Shown piece after piece: positions 28,509-38,958 of a stretch of DNA of 64,000 nt. Both the position numbers and the translations under genes were made by a program. The stretch's first letter is position 1; each line of letters opens with the position of its first letter. Under the pieces are notes generated by a model that was not told the origin of the DNA, did no database searches, and worked only from the letters and a program-made list of their open reading frames with translations. The DNA comes from a virus, in the IMG/VR virus record IMGVR_UViG_3300042520_001767, positions 64,001 through 128,000 of that record. One strand, 5' to 3'.

Positions 28509-29072
28509 ATGCCTTTAGAACAAGAAAAAATTGTTGCAAATACTAAGAAGTATTTCGACACAACTACAAAACTTGGGTTTATGACTGAAGACCTAATCAA
28601 ATTTTTAGGTGAATCTTTTATCAAAGCTCCAGCTTCAACTATGACAGACCTATACAACGCTTTTGAGGGTGGTCTTATCGACCATCTATTAAGAGTTACT
28701 TCTTATGCTGTTAAATTTAATAACGCCTTACCAGAAGAAGAAAAGGTAGACCAAAACTCATTAATAAAAGTTTGTCTTTTACACCAAATCGGTAAAGCTA
28801 ATCTTTACAAACCATGTGAATCAGAATGGCATAGAAAAAACCAAGGTAAAATGTATGAATTTAATTCCGATGTCTCATCTATGAGAGTAGGTGAGAGAAG
28901 TGTATATTACGCTATGTCTCATGGTGTTAAATTTACCGAAGAAGAATATAGTGCTATTTTAAATTTTGATAAAAATGATGATAAAATGTCGGAGTATCAT
29001 AACTCAACTGTTGGTGATTTATTAAAAACGGCTGCGTTGTTTGCTATTAAAAATGAAAAAAATAAAAAATAA
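28509..29072 (+). CDS. HD-domain (YhaM-like) protein with degenerate HD motif
   Basis: AFEGGLIDHLLRV ... LLHQIGK, where the family normally has HDIGK. Confidence 0.65.
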   Translation: MPLEQEKIVANTKKYFDTTTKLGFMTEDLIKFLGESFIKAPASTMTDLYNAFEGGLIDHLLRVTSYAVKFNNALPEEEKVDQNSLIKVCLLHQIGKANLYKPCESEWHRKNQGKMYEFNSDVSSMRVGERSVYYAMSHGVKFTEEEYSAILNFDKNDDKMSEYHNSTVGDLLKTAALFAIKNEKNKK

Positions 29073-29073
29073 T

Positions 29074-29643
29074 ATGGATTTATTAGATAAAATGAGAGAA
29101 AAAGTCTTATTATTAGCAGACTTAGAAAGTGGTTACACACAAGAAGACTTCGATAAAGAATTCAACACAATTAATGTTGACGATTATTCACATAAAATTA
29201 AATTAGCTTTTAAAAATGAATCAAATAATCCAGACCCAGAATACGCAACCGCTGGGTCATCTGGGTTTGATTTGAGAGCTAATCTAGAATCACCTATTGT
29301 ACTAGAAAGTGGTGAATATAAATTAATTAAAACTGGTCTTTATTTTGAAATTCCAAACAATATGGAGATAACAATCAGGTCACGTAGTGGTTTAGCATAT
29401 AAACATGGTATTGCCGTTCTTAATGGGATTGGTACTATTGACAGTGATTACACAGGTGAAATAGGTGTTTTATTAATAAACCACGGCAAAGAAAATTTTA
29501 TAATTGAACACGGTGATAGAATTGCTCAAGGTGTTTTATCTAGCGTTATTGGTAAAAATTTAATTAATCTAAAAAAAATAGATAATATTAATGAAAACAC
29601 TGAACGTGGTTCTGGTGGGTTTGGTAGTTCGGGGGTTAAATAA
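29074..29643 (+). CDS. dut: Trimeric dUTPase
   Basis: All five motifs: SGFDL, RSRSGLA, GTIDSDYTGE, GDRIAQ, RGSGGFGSSG. ATG at 29074 preferred over the track start of 29041. Confidence 0.95.
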   Translation: MDLLDKMREKVLLLADLESGYTQEDFDKEFNTINVDDYSHKIKLAFKNESNNPDPEYATAGSSGFDLRANLESPIVLESGEYKLIKTGLYFEIPNNMEITIRSRSGLAYKHGIAVLNGIGTIDSDYTGEIGVLLINHGKENFIIEHGDRIAQGVLSSVIGKNLINLKKIDNINENTERGSGGFGSSGVK

Positions 29644-29703
29644 ATTAAACCTTTTAGTTTTTATGTTGTATTTATTACTATAACATAAGATAAAACAATA
29701 ATT

Positions 29704-30390
29704 ATGAGTTACGGTCAATGGGTAGTAAACGAAGAAATGACATTTAATGAATTTGGTTATAATTCTAATGAATTAAGTGATGGTAGTAATAAACCAGTAA
29801 AGTGTGTGTGTTCTGAATGTGGTGTAATTGGGAATAAAATATATAGACGTTCAACAGCTAAACATAGGTGTAAAACGATAATAGATGGTAAAAAGAAATG
29901 TTTTAAGTGTAAAAACTTTAAAAATGTTGAAGAGTTTTCTAAAAATAAATCAACATTTGATGGTTATCAAAAATGTTGTAAAGATTGTTTTAGTAATTAT
30001 AGTTCAGTTAAAAACGGGTATATAAAAAAAACTATAAAATATAAAACTAATTTATATACTTACTTTCAAACAAAAACATCTCAACTTAAATCAAAATCTA
30101 TTTTTAAAAATATGGACTTTGATTTAACAAGTGGTTTTTTATTAGAATTATACGAAAAACAAAATAAAAAATGTTTTTTTACTAATATAGAAATTAAACA
30201 TAATACTGGGTGTCATCAATATGATAGTATAAGCGTAGAACGTTTAGACCCTAATAAAGGTTATACTAAAGATAATGTTGTATTAGCGGCTTTTAACATA
30301 AATTCATTTAAAGGTATGATGAATGAAGTTGAATTTAAGGAATATTTAGATATTATCATCCCAAAATTGATAGAATATAAAAATAATTAA
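29704..30390 (+). CDS. Putative free-standing His-Me-finger endonuclease
   Basis: Several CxxC motifs, then SISVERLDPNKGYTKDNVVL..NINSFKG. Confidence 0.7.
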   Translation: MSYGQWVVNEEMTFNEFGYNSNELSDGSNKPVKCVCSECGVIGNKIYRRSTAKHRCKTIIDGKKKCFKCKNFKNVEEFSKNKSTFDGYQKCCKDCFSNYSSVKNGYIKKTIKYKTNLYTYFQTKTSQLKSKSIFKNMDFDLTSGFLLELYEKQNKKCFFTNIEIKHNTGCHQYDSISVERLDPNKGYTKDNVVLAAFNINSFKGMMNEVEFKEYLDIIIPKLIEYKNN

Positions 30391-30404
30391 AATTAAAATA
30401 AAAT

Positions 30405-30638
30405 ATGATTACAGTAATATATTGTACAAGACAATCAAACCCAGAACATAGAGAACATCTCATAAAGTCATCTGGTCTTCATAAACACATTTTTGATGGA
30501 ATGCGACATTATAAAAGTGTCAAACATTTCGGTGGTGATAAAATATTTGTTGAGCAGCAATTAAAAGATAAAATTAAATCAGATTATTGTATTAAAAATA
30601 ATATTAAACTGATTAAAATAAAAGAAAAAATAAAATAA
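30405..30638 (+). pseudogene. Chimeric remnant: glycosyltransferase N-terminus fused to an endonuclease C-terminus
   Basis: Codons 1-27 are 18/27 identical to the N-terminus of 30666. The rest (FDGMRHYKSVKHFGG..KSDYCIKNNIKLIKI) aligns with the C-terminus of the 2800..3882 nuclease. Confidence 0.8.
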
Positions 30639-30665
30639 CGAAATATTAAAAAAAGAATTAAACTT

Positions 30666-32189
30666 ATGATAACAGTTATTTTTAGCACTAGGGAACCTAA
30701 CCCAAAACATGTTGAACACATTAAAAAAAGTTCTGGTTTACACAATAAAATTGAAGTCTTGGAATTCATCAATAATAACGACCCTAATTCAAAATATTAT
30801 AATGGTGGTGAATCATTAACGAAATTATATAATCGTGGTTTGAAACAAGCCAAAAACGATATCGTAGTTTTTTGTCATGATGATATAAAAATTAAAAGTA
30901 AGAATTGGGGTGTTAGATTGATAAACCATTTCAATGATACTGATTATGGTATTTTAGGTGTTGCTGGTACGACTCATTTAAGTAATAGTGGTAGATGGTG
31001 GGATAACCCACAATTTATGGTTGGTAATGTTGAACACAGACACGAAGGTAAAACATGGTTATCTAAATATTCTAAAAATGTTGGTGAGAATGTAATAAAA
31101 ACTGTTATAGTTGATGGTTTATTTTTTGCTGTTAATAAAAATAAGTTAAAACATAATTTTGATGAAACAGTTTCTGGTTTTCACTTTTATGATGTTGATT
31201 TTTCTTTTAGGAACCATATAGAAGGTGTTAAAGTTGGTGTAGTTTCTAACATAAGAATATTGCATAAATCAATAGGTGTAACAAATGAAGAATGGGAAAA
31301 AAATAGAATTTCATTTAGTGCTAAATGGTCTGATAAATTACCCACAGCTATACAAGGCGACATTTTTTATGAAGATATTAAAATACAAATTAAAAACCAA
31401 CCAAAATTAGGTATAATAATATTAAATAAATCTAATAATTATTTGTTATTTAAATGCCTTTCTTCAATAATTGATAAAACTAAGTATGAAAATTATAAAA
31501 TATACATTGGGGATACTGGTTCAACTGAAGACGAACTAAAAGAAATTAATAAATTTATCGGTGATAATAATAAAATTTCATTGTATAACATAGGTATTTA
31601 TAATTTTGGTCGTAATAATAATAAAATAGTAAAAAATATAATAGATAAAGATACTGAATTAATTTTGTTTTCAAATAACGACATTGAATTAATTAATGAT
31701 TCAATATCTATTATGGTTCAAAAATATATATTAACTAAAAATATAGTAGGAACTATAGGTTGTAGGTTATACTACCCAAATAAATTAATTCAACATGCTG
31801 GTATCAGTATGATGGTTAATAAGAGGAATCAATTTTTTCTTTCACATGTTGGTATAAATACATATTATCGTTATGGTGAAGATGAAGAAGTGGTTGGTTC
31901 TACTGGTGCTTTTTTAATGATATCTAAAAATTTATTTAATAATATTGGTGGGTTTAATGAAAACTATTTAGAATGTTTTGAGGATGTAGAATTAAATATC
32001 AACACGTTAATATTAAATAAAAAAAACTACATTATGACATCAGCAGTTTGTTATCATCATGAAAGTGTTACTAGAAATAAAGATGAATATAAAAACAAAA
32101 AAATGAGTGAAGATATGTCAATTAGATTATTACCACACTTAGAAAAAAATAAAGAAAAAATAAAGAAGTTTATTAATGTAATTGATTAA
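30666..32189 (+). CDS. Two-domain GT2 (GT-A) glycosyltransferase
   Basis: VFCHDD..VDGLF..HFYDVD in domain 1; GDTGS, FSNND, QHAG, GGFNENY..FEDVEL in domain 2. Confidence 0.85.
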   Translation: MITVIFSTREPNPKHVEHIKKSSGLHNKIEVLEFINNNDPNSKYYNGGESLTKLYNRGLKQAKNDIVVFCHDDIKIKSKNWGVRLINHFNDTDYGILGVAGTTHLSNSGRWWDNPQFMVGNVEHRHEGKTWLSKYSKNVGENVIKTVIVDGLFFAVNKNKLKHNFDETVSGFHFYDVDFSFRNHIEGVKVGVVSNIRILHKSIGVTNEEWEKNRISFSAKWSDKLPTAIQGDIFYEDIKIQIKNQPKLGIIILNKSNNYLLFKCLSSIIDKTKYENYKIYIGDTGSTEDELKEINKFIGDNNKISLYNIGIYNFGRNNNKIVKNIIDKDTELILFSNNDIELINDSISIMVQKYILTKNIVGTIGCRLYYPNKLIQHAGISMMVNKRNQFFLSHVGINTYYRYGEDEEVVGSTGAFLMISKNLFNNIGGFNENYLECFEDVELNINTLILNKKNYIMTSAVCYHHESVTRNKDEYKNKKMSEDMSIRLLPHLEKNKEKIKKFINVID

Positions 32190-33064
32190 TGGAAAAAATA
32201 AATATTTTAATTGGCTGTTTATCGTTTAAGGAATTAACTGGTTCTGAATTATATGTTTTTGAATTGGCTAAAGGATTAAAAAAAATAGGACATAACGTTA
32301 GTATAATATCACCAATTATTGGTAATCCTTTAATTGATATGGCTAATGAATTATACATCCCTGTTTATAATATTAATTACCCACCAAACGAAAAATTTGA
32401 TTTAATCCATTGTCAACATAAAAGTGTTACAACAAATCTAATATCAATATACCCAGATATAAAAAAAATATGTAGTATACACTCTGAAGTAACAGTTGAA
32501 GAATACCCAGTAATTCATGAATCTATTCATAAATATATTGCTATTCGACCATCTATTAAAGATATGTTAATAAATACCTTTAATATTAATGAAAAAATAA
32601 TAGAATCTATATATAACCCAATTGATATTGATAGATTTAATTTAAATGATACTAAAAACTTAGGGTATGTTTTGTTTGTTGGTAGCTTAGAACATTTAAG
32701 AGAAAAATCATTATTCGACATTAGTGAATATTGTATAGAAAACAATAAAGAATTATGGATTGTTGGTAAAAATCATAGTAATTATTTGCAACTTCTGTTA
32801 TCGCAAAAACATGTTAAATATTTCACTGAAACTAATGAAATAGAAAAATTTGTTAAGGAGTGTGATGAAACAGCTGGTATACTTTTAGGTAGAACAACTA
32901 TTGAAGGATGGATGTGTGGTAAAAAAGGTTGGATTTATAATGTTGATTCATCTGGTAATATTTTAAGTAAACAATTACACGATATTCCAGAAGACATTGA
33001 TAAATTTAAAAGTGATAATGTTGTTAAAGAAATCATACAACAATACATTTCAATTATAGAATAA
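32189..33064 (+). CDS. GT4-like glycosyltransferase
   Basis: TGSELYVFELAKGL..GHNV, IYNPID, GRTTIEGWMCG. Confidence 0.75.
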   Translation: MEKINILIGCLSFKELTGSELYVFELAKGLKKIGHNVSIISPIIGNPLIDMANELYIPVYNINYPPNEKFDLIHCQHKSVTTNLISIYPDIKKICSIHSEVTVEEYPVIHESIHKYIAIRPSIKDMLINTFNINEKIIESIYNPIDIDRFNLNDTKNLGYVLFVGSLEHLREKSLFDISEYCIENNKELWIVGKNHSNYLQLLLSQKHVKYFTETNEIEKFVKECDETAGILLGRTTIEGWMCGKKGWIYNVDSSGNILSKQLHDIPEDIDKFKSDNVVKEIIQQYISIIE

Positions 33065-33066
33065 CT

Positions 33067-34083
33067 ATGAGAAAAATAAAAAATTGGGTTACAAATAAAA
33101 TCGCTACTATTTCATTAGCCACGGCTAACGTTGAAAAAAATGCGTTAAGTCAAGTAGGTGAATCATTAGGTACTGATGTAAACCATTCACAAAGACACAC
33201 ACAAGGTCAACTAGCTGACTCTTTAATAAATGGTGAACTAACACAAGAGGTTCTTAACCTTCGTTGGAGAACATATAAAATAATGCGTGAATCTGAAGGT
33301 GTTACATCCGAAATTATTGGTTATGATGAAGAAAACAGACCGATAGTTGAAACTCGCAAAATAAACGTAAAAGCTGGTCTTGAAAAAATTAAATTAGATA
33401 CATTTGATTATTACCCTTTAGAAATGGTTATTGATAACTATGACATAACTCTAGGTGTTAATCAAGCGATGGATAATGATAATATAACTATATTTGATGA
33501 AGTAATTATAAACCAAAATACTGAACAAATAAGTATGACTGGACCAATTGGTCCAGATGGTCAAAAAGATATTGTTGTTGAACCAAGTAAAGTTGAATTT
33601 TCAGCATCTCATGGTTCAATCAGTGGTACTGATTATTTTACCACCAACAAATCTGAACGACCAATTATGATTATTAGGAATCAAATACCTAAATTTAGAT
33701 TGGAAACATATACAAAAAAACTAAACATTAGAAAAATAAACGAAACAGAACGTTTATTAGAATTTTATGTTAGTAAGTATGCAGACGAATACAATCGAAC
33801 CAGCAGATTATTCCTTAGTGATTTAAAGAAAGCTATGATTGAACCAGAAAAATCCACTATAATTGAATTTGAAGGTGTCAATTTCATCACATATAAATCA
33901 ATGGGTGCTAATGATTTTTTAGAATTTGAATATGATAATATATCATATGATAAAATTATTGAATACAATGGGTTTTATGTTGTTAAATTTATTGGAACAG
34001 TTAAAATTGACGGTAGAGATATTTTAGATGAACATAGAATGGTTGAGCTAGATAAAAAATATGAAAATAAAGAAAAAAAATGA
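33067..34083 (+). CDS. Hypothetical protein
   Basis: 338-aa ORF embedded in the glycan operon; no motif recognised. Confidence 0.7.
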   Translation: MRKIKNWVTNKIATISLATANVEKNALSQVGESLGTDVNHSQRHTQGQLADSLINGELTQEVLNLRWRTYKIMRESEGVTSEIIGYDEENRPIVETRKINVKAGLEKIKLDTFDYYPLEMVIDNYDITLGVNQAMDNDNITIFDEVIINQNTEQISMTGPIGPDGQKDIVVEPSKVEFSASHGSISGTDYFTTNKSERPIMIIRNQIPKFRLETYTKKLNIRKINETERLLEFYVSKYADEYNRTSRLFLSDLKKAMIEPEKSTIIEFEGVNFITYKSMGANDFLEFEYDNISYDKIIEYNGFYVVKFIGTVKIDGRDILDEHRMVELDKKYENKEKK

Positions 34084-34715
34084 GTATATTAAGTAAATAT
34101 TTTGATAAGGTTTATTGTGTTAATCTTAATCGAAGACCAGATAGATGGCAGAAAGTAACTGAAGAATTTAAAAAATTAGGGTTTGATGAAGTTGAAAGAT
34201 ATGAAGCTATTGATGGTAAAGAATTTGATTGGTCAACAATAAAATATAACCCAACTTTATTGGTTGGTGAATTAGGTTTAATTGAAACTCATATCAACTT
34301 AATAAAAGAAGCTGCTGAAAATAAATATAAATCAGTTTTGATTATGGAAGATGATGTTTATTTCACTCCAGAAATACAAAAATTAGATGAGTATATGGAA
34401 GCATTACCCAAAGATTGGGATATAGTATATATTGGTGGAAACCATTCTTATGGTCAAACACCAACAAAAGTTAATGATAAGATTTTAAAGTTAAATAAAA
34501 CATATACAACACATTGTATTGTGATTAAAGATACTTTATTTGAAACAATCATTGCTATGACAGAAGGTCGTAAAAAACAAATAGATGTTTATTATGCTGA
34601 TTTACAAAATGTTTATAATGTTTATGGTTTTACACCAAATATGGCTTTACAAACAATTGATTTCAGTGATATTCAAAATAGACAAGTAAATTATAACGGT
34701 TATTTTAATCAGTAA
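34080..34715 (+). CDS. GT25-family glycosyltransferase
   Basis: YCVNLNRRPDRW, EAIDG, LIMEDDV. Confidence 0.88.
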   Translation: MSILSKYFDKVYCVNLNRRPDRWQKVTEEFKKLGFDEVERYEAIDGKEFDWSTIKYNPTLLVGELGLIETHINLIKEAAENKYKSVLIMEDDVYFTPEIQKLDEYMEALPKDWDIVYIGGNHSYGQTPTKVNDKILKLNKTYTTHCIVIKDTLFETIIAMTEGRKKQIDVYYADLQNVYNVYGFTPNMALQTIDFSDIQNRQVNYNGYFNQ

Positions 34716-34717
34716 TT

Positions 34718-35452
34718 ATGTTAGAAAATAAATTAATAATTGTTGTTACATCATACAATGTTGGTAAGTATATTGAAAGATGTTTAGAATCAATAAAAAA
34801 TCAAACATATGAAAATTTTAAATGTTACATCACAGATGATTTATCGACAGATGATAGTGTTGAAAAGATTAAAAAAATTATATCACAAGATAATAGATTC
34901 TTTCTTATAGAAAATAAAGAAAAAAGATATCAGTGTGGTAATTATGATTTAATTTGTCGTGAAACAGAAAAAATAGATGATGAAGATATTGTTATTGAAG
35001 TTGATGGTGATGATTACCTTTCATCAGACGATGTTTTTAACAGAATAGTTGATTATTACAAATACAATAACATTTGGATAGCTAATGGTAGTTTTATTTT
35101 TGAAAGTGGTGGTAAAGGTTTTACCAAAGAAATTACTGATTTAACAAAAATAAGAGTAGAACCATTCACCGCATCACATATTAGAACATGGAAAGTTTTT
35201 TTATGGAGAGCAATTGATGTTAATGATTTAAAAGATGAAAATGGAAATTGGTGGACCGCTGGTGGTGATTTAATCTTTATGTATGATATGTTGGAAATGG
35301 CTGGGTTAGAACATTACAAACATATGTATGAAGTTAATTACGTTTACAACGATTCAAATCCAATAAGTGATGGTAGAATACATTTAGAATACGTTAACAA
35401 GTTAAACACGTTAATAAATAATAAAAAACCTAAAGAAAGATTAATTAGATGA
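34718..35452 (+). CDS. GT2 glycosyltransferase
   Basis: SYNVGKYIERCLESI, DDLSTD, EVDGDD. Confidence 0.88.
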   Translation: MLENKLIIVVTSYNVGKYIERCLESIKNQTYENFKCYITDDLSTDDSVEKIKKIISQDNRFFLIENKEKRYQCGNYDLICRETEKIDDEDIVIEVDGDDYLSSDDVFNRIVDYYKYNNIWIANGSFIFESGGKGFTKEITDLTKIRVEPFTASHIRTWKVFLWRAIDVNDLKDENGNWWTAGGDLIFMYDMLEMAGLEHYKHMYEVNYVYNDSNPISDGRIHLEYVNKLNTLINNKKPKERLIR

Positions 35453-36306
35453 ACGAACTTAAAGAAATAATTGAAAAAAACACAAAAGTTGATTTTTATT
35501 TTCCATTTTTGAAAAAAAAACAACCTAAAAAAAACTTCATATCTGTAATAATCCCAGTTATGGGTAGAACTAATTTTTTAAAGCCACTTATTAAAACAAT
35601 TAAAAAAGGAATTAAAAATACTGATAAAAAAATAAACATTACTATTGTAGAACATTCAGCTGAACCTTTATTTAAAAATGGTTGTGAAGAATTAAATATT
35701 GATTATTTTTGGATAGGTAAAAATATAGATGAACCATTCAATAAGTCACTTTGTCATAATATTGGGGCTATGTTAAATAGAAATAGTGATAATTATCTTT
35801 TTCATGATTTAGATTGTTTAGTTTTTGATGATTTTTTCATTAACATTATAAAAGAATTAGAATCTGGTTCAACAGCTCTACAAACATTTAGAGATAGAAG
35901 ATTATATTATTTACCAGATGAATTAACAGAAAAAATCGTTAAAAATGAAATAGATATTAGCGATATTGATATTACAGATGAAACAATTGTTTTAGGTGAC
36001 ACTGGTGCACCAGGTGGTTCAATATGTTTAAATAAAAATCTTTTTATTGAAATAGGTGGTTATGACCCAGAATTATTTCATGGTTATTCACCAGAAGATA
36101 TGTTTTTTTGGAAAAAAATGGAAACATTCACAAACATTATTTCAGTAAATAATGAAATATTACATATGTCACATGAACGTTTAAATAACACAAATAAATA
36201 TATTAAAGAAATGATAAAATACGTTCAAATATTTAATGGATTAGATAATCATAACAAGTTAGAATTTCTAAATTACAAGAAAGAAATAATAGAAAAAATT
36301 TTTTAA
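35449..36306 (+). CDS. GT-A glycosyltransferase, GT2/GT7-like (galactosyltransferase C-terminal motif)
   Basis: SVIIPVMGR, FNKSLCHNIGA, FHDLD, GGYDPELFHGYSPED. Confidence 0.8.
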   Translation: MNELKEIIEKNTKVDFYFPFLKKKQPKKNFISVIIPVMGRTNFLKPLIKTIKKGIKNTDKKINITIVEHSAEPLFKNGCEELNIDYFWIGKNIDEPFNKSLCHNIGAMLNRNSDNYLFHDLDCLVFDDFFINIIKELESGSTALQTFRDRRLYYLPDELTEKIVKNEIDISDIDITDETIVLGDTGAPGGSICLNKNLFIEIGGYDPELFHGYSPEDMFFWKKMETFTNIISVNNEILHMSHERLNNTNKYIKEMIKYVQIFNGLDNHNKLEFLNYKKEIIEKIF

Positions 36307-36307
36307 T

Positions 36308-37111
36308 ATGATATATTGTAAATTAAAAGGTGGTTTAGGTAATATGTTATTCCAAATAGCGGCAGCAAAATCTTTAGCTATTGATAATAATACTGATTGT
36401 TATTTCCCTAATTTATTAGAACATTTAAAATATTTGGATATTGATAAAACACATAACCCAGAACTTAATCATAGTAACGAATATATTCAAATATTAAAAA
36501 AATTAAAAGTTAATTCTTTACCACAAAATAGAACTAGTTTAATAACGTATCCTTTTGATTTTATTGAAACACCTACAATAAAAGAAAACACAATAATAGA
36601 TGGTTTTTTTCAAAGTGAAAAATATTTTTCACATAATAGAAATGAAATATTAAAATTTTTAAATTTTGATTTTATTGAAAAAGAATCAATCGAAAAAAAA
36701 TATGAATTTATTTTTTCAAAACGTTGTACATCAATACACATTAGAAGAGGTGACTATTTAAAATACCCAAATCATCATCCAGTTCAAACATCTAAGTATT
36801 ATTTAGATGCGATTGAAATTTTAAATAAAGATACTGATTTATTTATTGTTTTTAGTGATGATATAAATTGGTGTAAAGAAAACCTAAAACTAGATAACAT
36901 CATTTACATTGAAGGTGAAAAAGATTATATTGAACTATATTTGATGAAAAATTGTCATAATAATATCACATCAAACTCATCCTTTTCATGGTGGGGTGCT
37001 TGGTTAAATGAAAATCCAAGTAAAAAAGTTGTTGGACCATTAATATGGTTTGGTAATGCGATAAAACATAACACTGGGGATATATTACCCGAAAAATGGA
37101 TTAAAATTTAA
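36308..37111 (+). CDS. GT11 alpha-1,2-fucosyltransferase-like
   Basis: GGLGNMLFQ, SIHIRRGDYL, FSDDINWC, NSSFSWWGAWL. Confidence 0.92.
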   Translation: MIYCKLKGGLGNMLFQIAAAKSLAIDNNTDCYFPNLLEHLKYLDIDKTHNPELNHSNEYIQILKKLKVNSLPQNRTSLITYPFDFIETPTIKENTIIDGFFQSEKYFSHNRNEILKFLNFDFIEKESIEKKYEFIFSKRCTSIHIRRGDYLKYPNHHPVQTSKYYLDAIEILNKDTDLFIVFSDDINWCKENLKLDNIIYIEGEKDYIELYLMKNCHNNITSNSSFSWWGAWLNENPSKKVVGPLIWFGNAIKHNTGDILPEKWIKI

Positions 37112-37112
37112 T

Positions 37113-37523
37113 ATGGAAAAAATTTATTCAAAAGTAGAAGAAGGAAAACTATTACACATCATCAATAGATTAAGTGAAATAGAAGGTAGAACTGAAGCAG
37201 TTCCAGAAGATAACTTCATTCAATGTGCTACATTGAAAATGGAAAAAGGAAAAACATTCCCACCTCACAAACACATAACAAAAGATAGACACTACCCAGA
37301 ACAAATAGCCCAAGAATCATGGGTTGTAATCAAAGGAAGTGTTAAATGTATCTTTTACGATATTGACAACACAATCATCGCCACACCGATATTAGAAGCT
37401 GGTGATGCTAGTTTTACGCTTTATGGTGGTCATACCTATGAAATATTAGAAGATGATACTATTGTTTATGAATATAAAACTGGACCTTATGAAGGTCAAA
37501 AGTTAGACAAAACATTTTTATAA
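37113..37523 (+). CDS. Cupin protein (WbuC-like / NDP-sugar isomerase-like)
   Basis: PPHKH..QESW..GGH..E..GPY cupin metal ligands. Confidence 0.7.
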   Translation: MEKIYSKVEEGKLLHIINRLSEIEGRTEAVPEDNFIQCATLKMEKGKTFPPHKHITKDRHYPEQIAQESWVVIKGSVKCIFYDIDNTIIATPILEAGDASFTLYGGHTYEILEDDTIVYEYKTGPYEGQKLDKTFL

Positions 37524-37533
37524 CAAATACGAT

Positions 37534-38358
37534 ATGACTATTAACGATTACAAGTATGTAACGAATCAAATTTTCCCACATGGTGGTGGAACTAGGATTA
37601 GCTTTTTACTAAACGCCATCATGTTCTCAAAACTTGAAAACAAAGAATTTATAGTAACGCCTTTATCTTATGAGACAGAAAAAAAAGAATTCGATACAAA
37701 CCCAATAACAAAAACTTTTGATTACCCTAGTTACTGTAAAAGATGGGATAGTGTTTTAAATCTAGATGGTAAAAAAATATATGATTTACCCAAAGAAGAA
37801 TTTGAAAAAGTTTTACAGTTATGTTTTGCAACGTTTAATAATACACCACCATCGGACTCTATTATAAATGATAAAATCAGAGAATTAAAAACTGAAATTA
37901 AAAACGAATATTTTAAAATACCAAAAAAAGATAAAAATGGTAAACTTAAATTATCAGTACACATTAGACGCAGTGATGCGATATCATGGCCTCACAGATA
38001 TGTACCAAACGAGTATTATGTAAACACTATTAATATAGTTAAAGAATTCTTATCAAATCATAATATCGATTATGATTTAAAAATTTACACAGAAAGAATC
38101 GGCTTCAACAATAAAGGCTTTGAGGGGTATAAAATTTATTTTGATGATGAAGTGCTAGATACAGATGTTTGGGTTGATTTAATTAATTCTGACATAATAA
38201 TTGGTAGTAAAAGTGCGTTTAGCACTAGTGCTGGTATGTTAACAGATGGTATGTACATACACCCAGAAAAGGTAGACCAACTATTAGTAAGTGATTGGCT
38301 ATATAGTTGTGAATTAGATAACGACAAACTAAAAAAAAGATTCGATGAAATCAAATGA
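37534..38358 (+). CDS. GDP-sugar transferase of the GT11/GT23/NodZ superfamily
   Basis: SVHIRRSD and SDIIIGSKSAFS motifs. Confidence 0.65.
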   Translation: MTINDYKYVTNQIFPHGGGTRISFLLNAIMFSKLENKEFIVTPLSYETEKKEFDTNPITKTFDYPSYCKRWDSVLNLDGKKIYDLPKEEFEKVLQLCFATFNNTPPSDSIINDKIRELKTEIKNEYFKIPKKDKNGKLKLSVHIRRSDAISWPHRYVPNEYYVNTINIVKEFLSNHNIDYDLKIYTERIGFNNKGFEGYKIYFDDEVLDTDVWVDLINSDIIIGSKSAFSTSAGMLTDGMYIHPEKVDQLLVSDWLYSCELDNDKLKKRFDEIK

Positions 38359-38956
38359 GGTAGAAATTAGAAAATGGTTTAGTGATAGAGGTGACTATAC
38401 ACATAATATAACATATGATTTAACAGAAGACTCTATAATCATTGATTTAGGTGGTTATACTGGTGTATGGGTTGAGCAAATGATAAACAAATACAATCCT
38501 AACGTTTACATAATAGAACCAATTGAACAATTTTATAACATTATTGTTGATAAATTTAAAAACAATGATAAGGTAAATGTTTTAAAGGTTGGTATTAGTA
38601 ATGAAGATAAAGACGGTGTGATTTATTTACATGGTGATGCGACATCCGCTAATTTATCTAACGGAACATCTGTAAGTGTTAAATTTAATAAAATGAAAAC
38701 ACTTCTAGATAAATGGAACCTAGAATCAGTTGATTTAATTCAAATCAACATAGAAGGTGACGAATACGAACTTTTAGAAGACATGTTAAAAACGGGCATC
38801 ATCAACACATTTAAAAATATTCAAGTACAATTTCACTATGGGATTGATGATGATATTAAAAGAAGAGAAAATATCCATAATGGGTTAAAAAGTAACGGTT
38901 ACGAAATAAAATTTAATTACCCATTTGTATGGGAGTCTTGGTATAAAAATAATTAA
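38345..38956 (+). CDS. FkbM-family SAM methyltransferase
   Basis: IIDLGGYTG, IIEP, QINIEGDEY. Confidence 0.85.
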   Translation: MKSNEVEIRKWFSDRGDYTHNITYDLTEDSIIIDLGGYTGVWVEQMINKYNPNVYIIEPIEQFYNIIVDKFKNNDKVNVLKVGISNEDKDGVIYLHGDATSANLSNGTSVSVKFNKMKTLLDKWNLESVDLIQINIEGDEYELLEDMLKTGIINTFKNIQVQFHYGIDDDIKRRENIHNGLKSNGYEIKFNYPFVWESWYKNN

Positions 38957-38958
38957 TC

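Noticed and set aside
26071-29643. T4-style DNA glucosylation module (GT next to dut and an HD protein)
   Set aside because: No hydroxymethylase, TET/JBP or AGT/BGT-specific signature is visible. Kept only as an alternative acceptor hypothesis.
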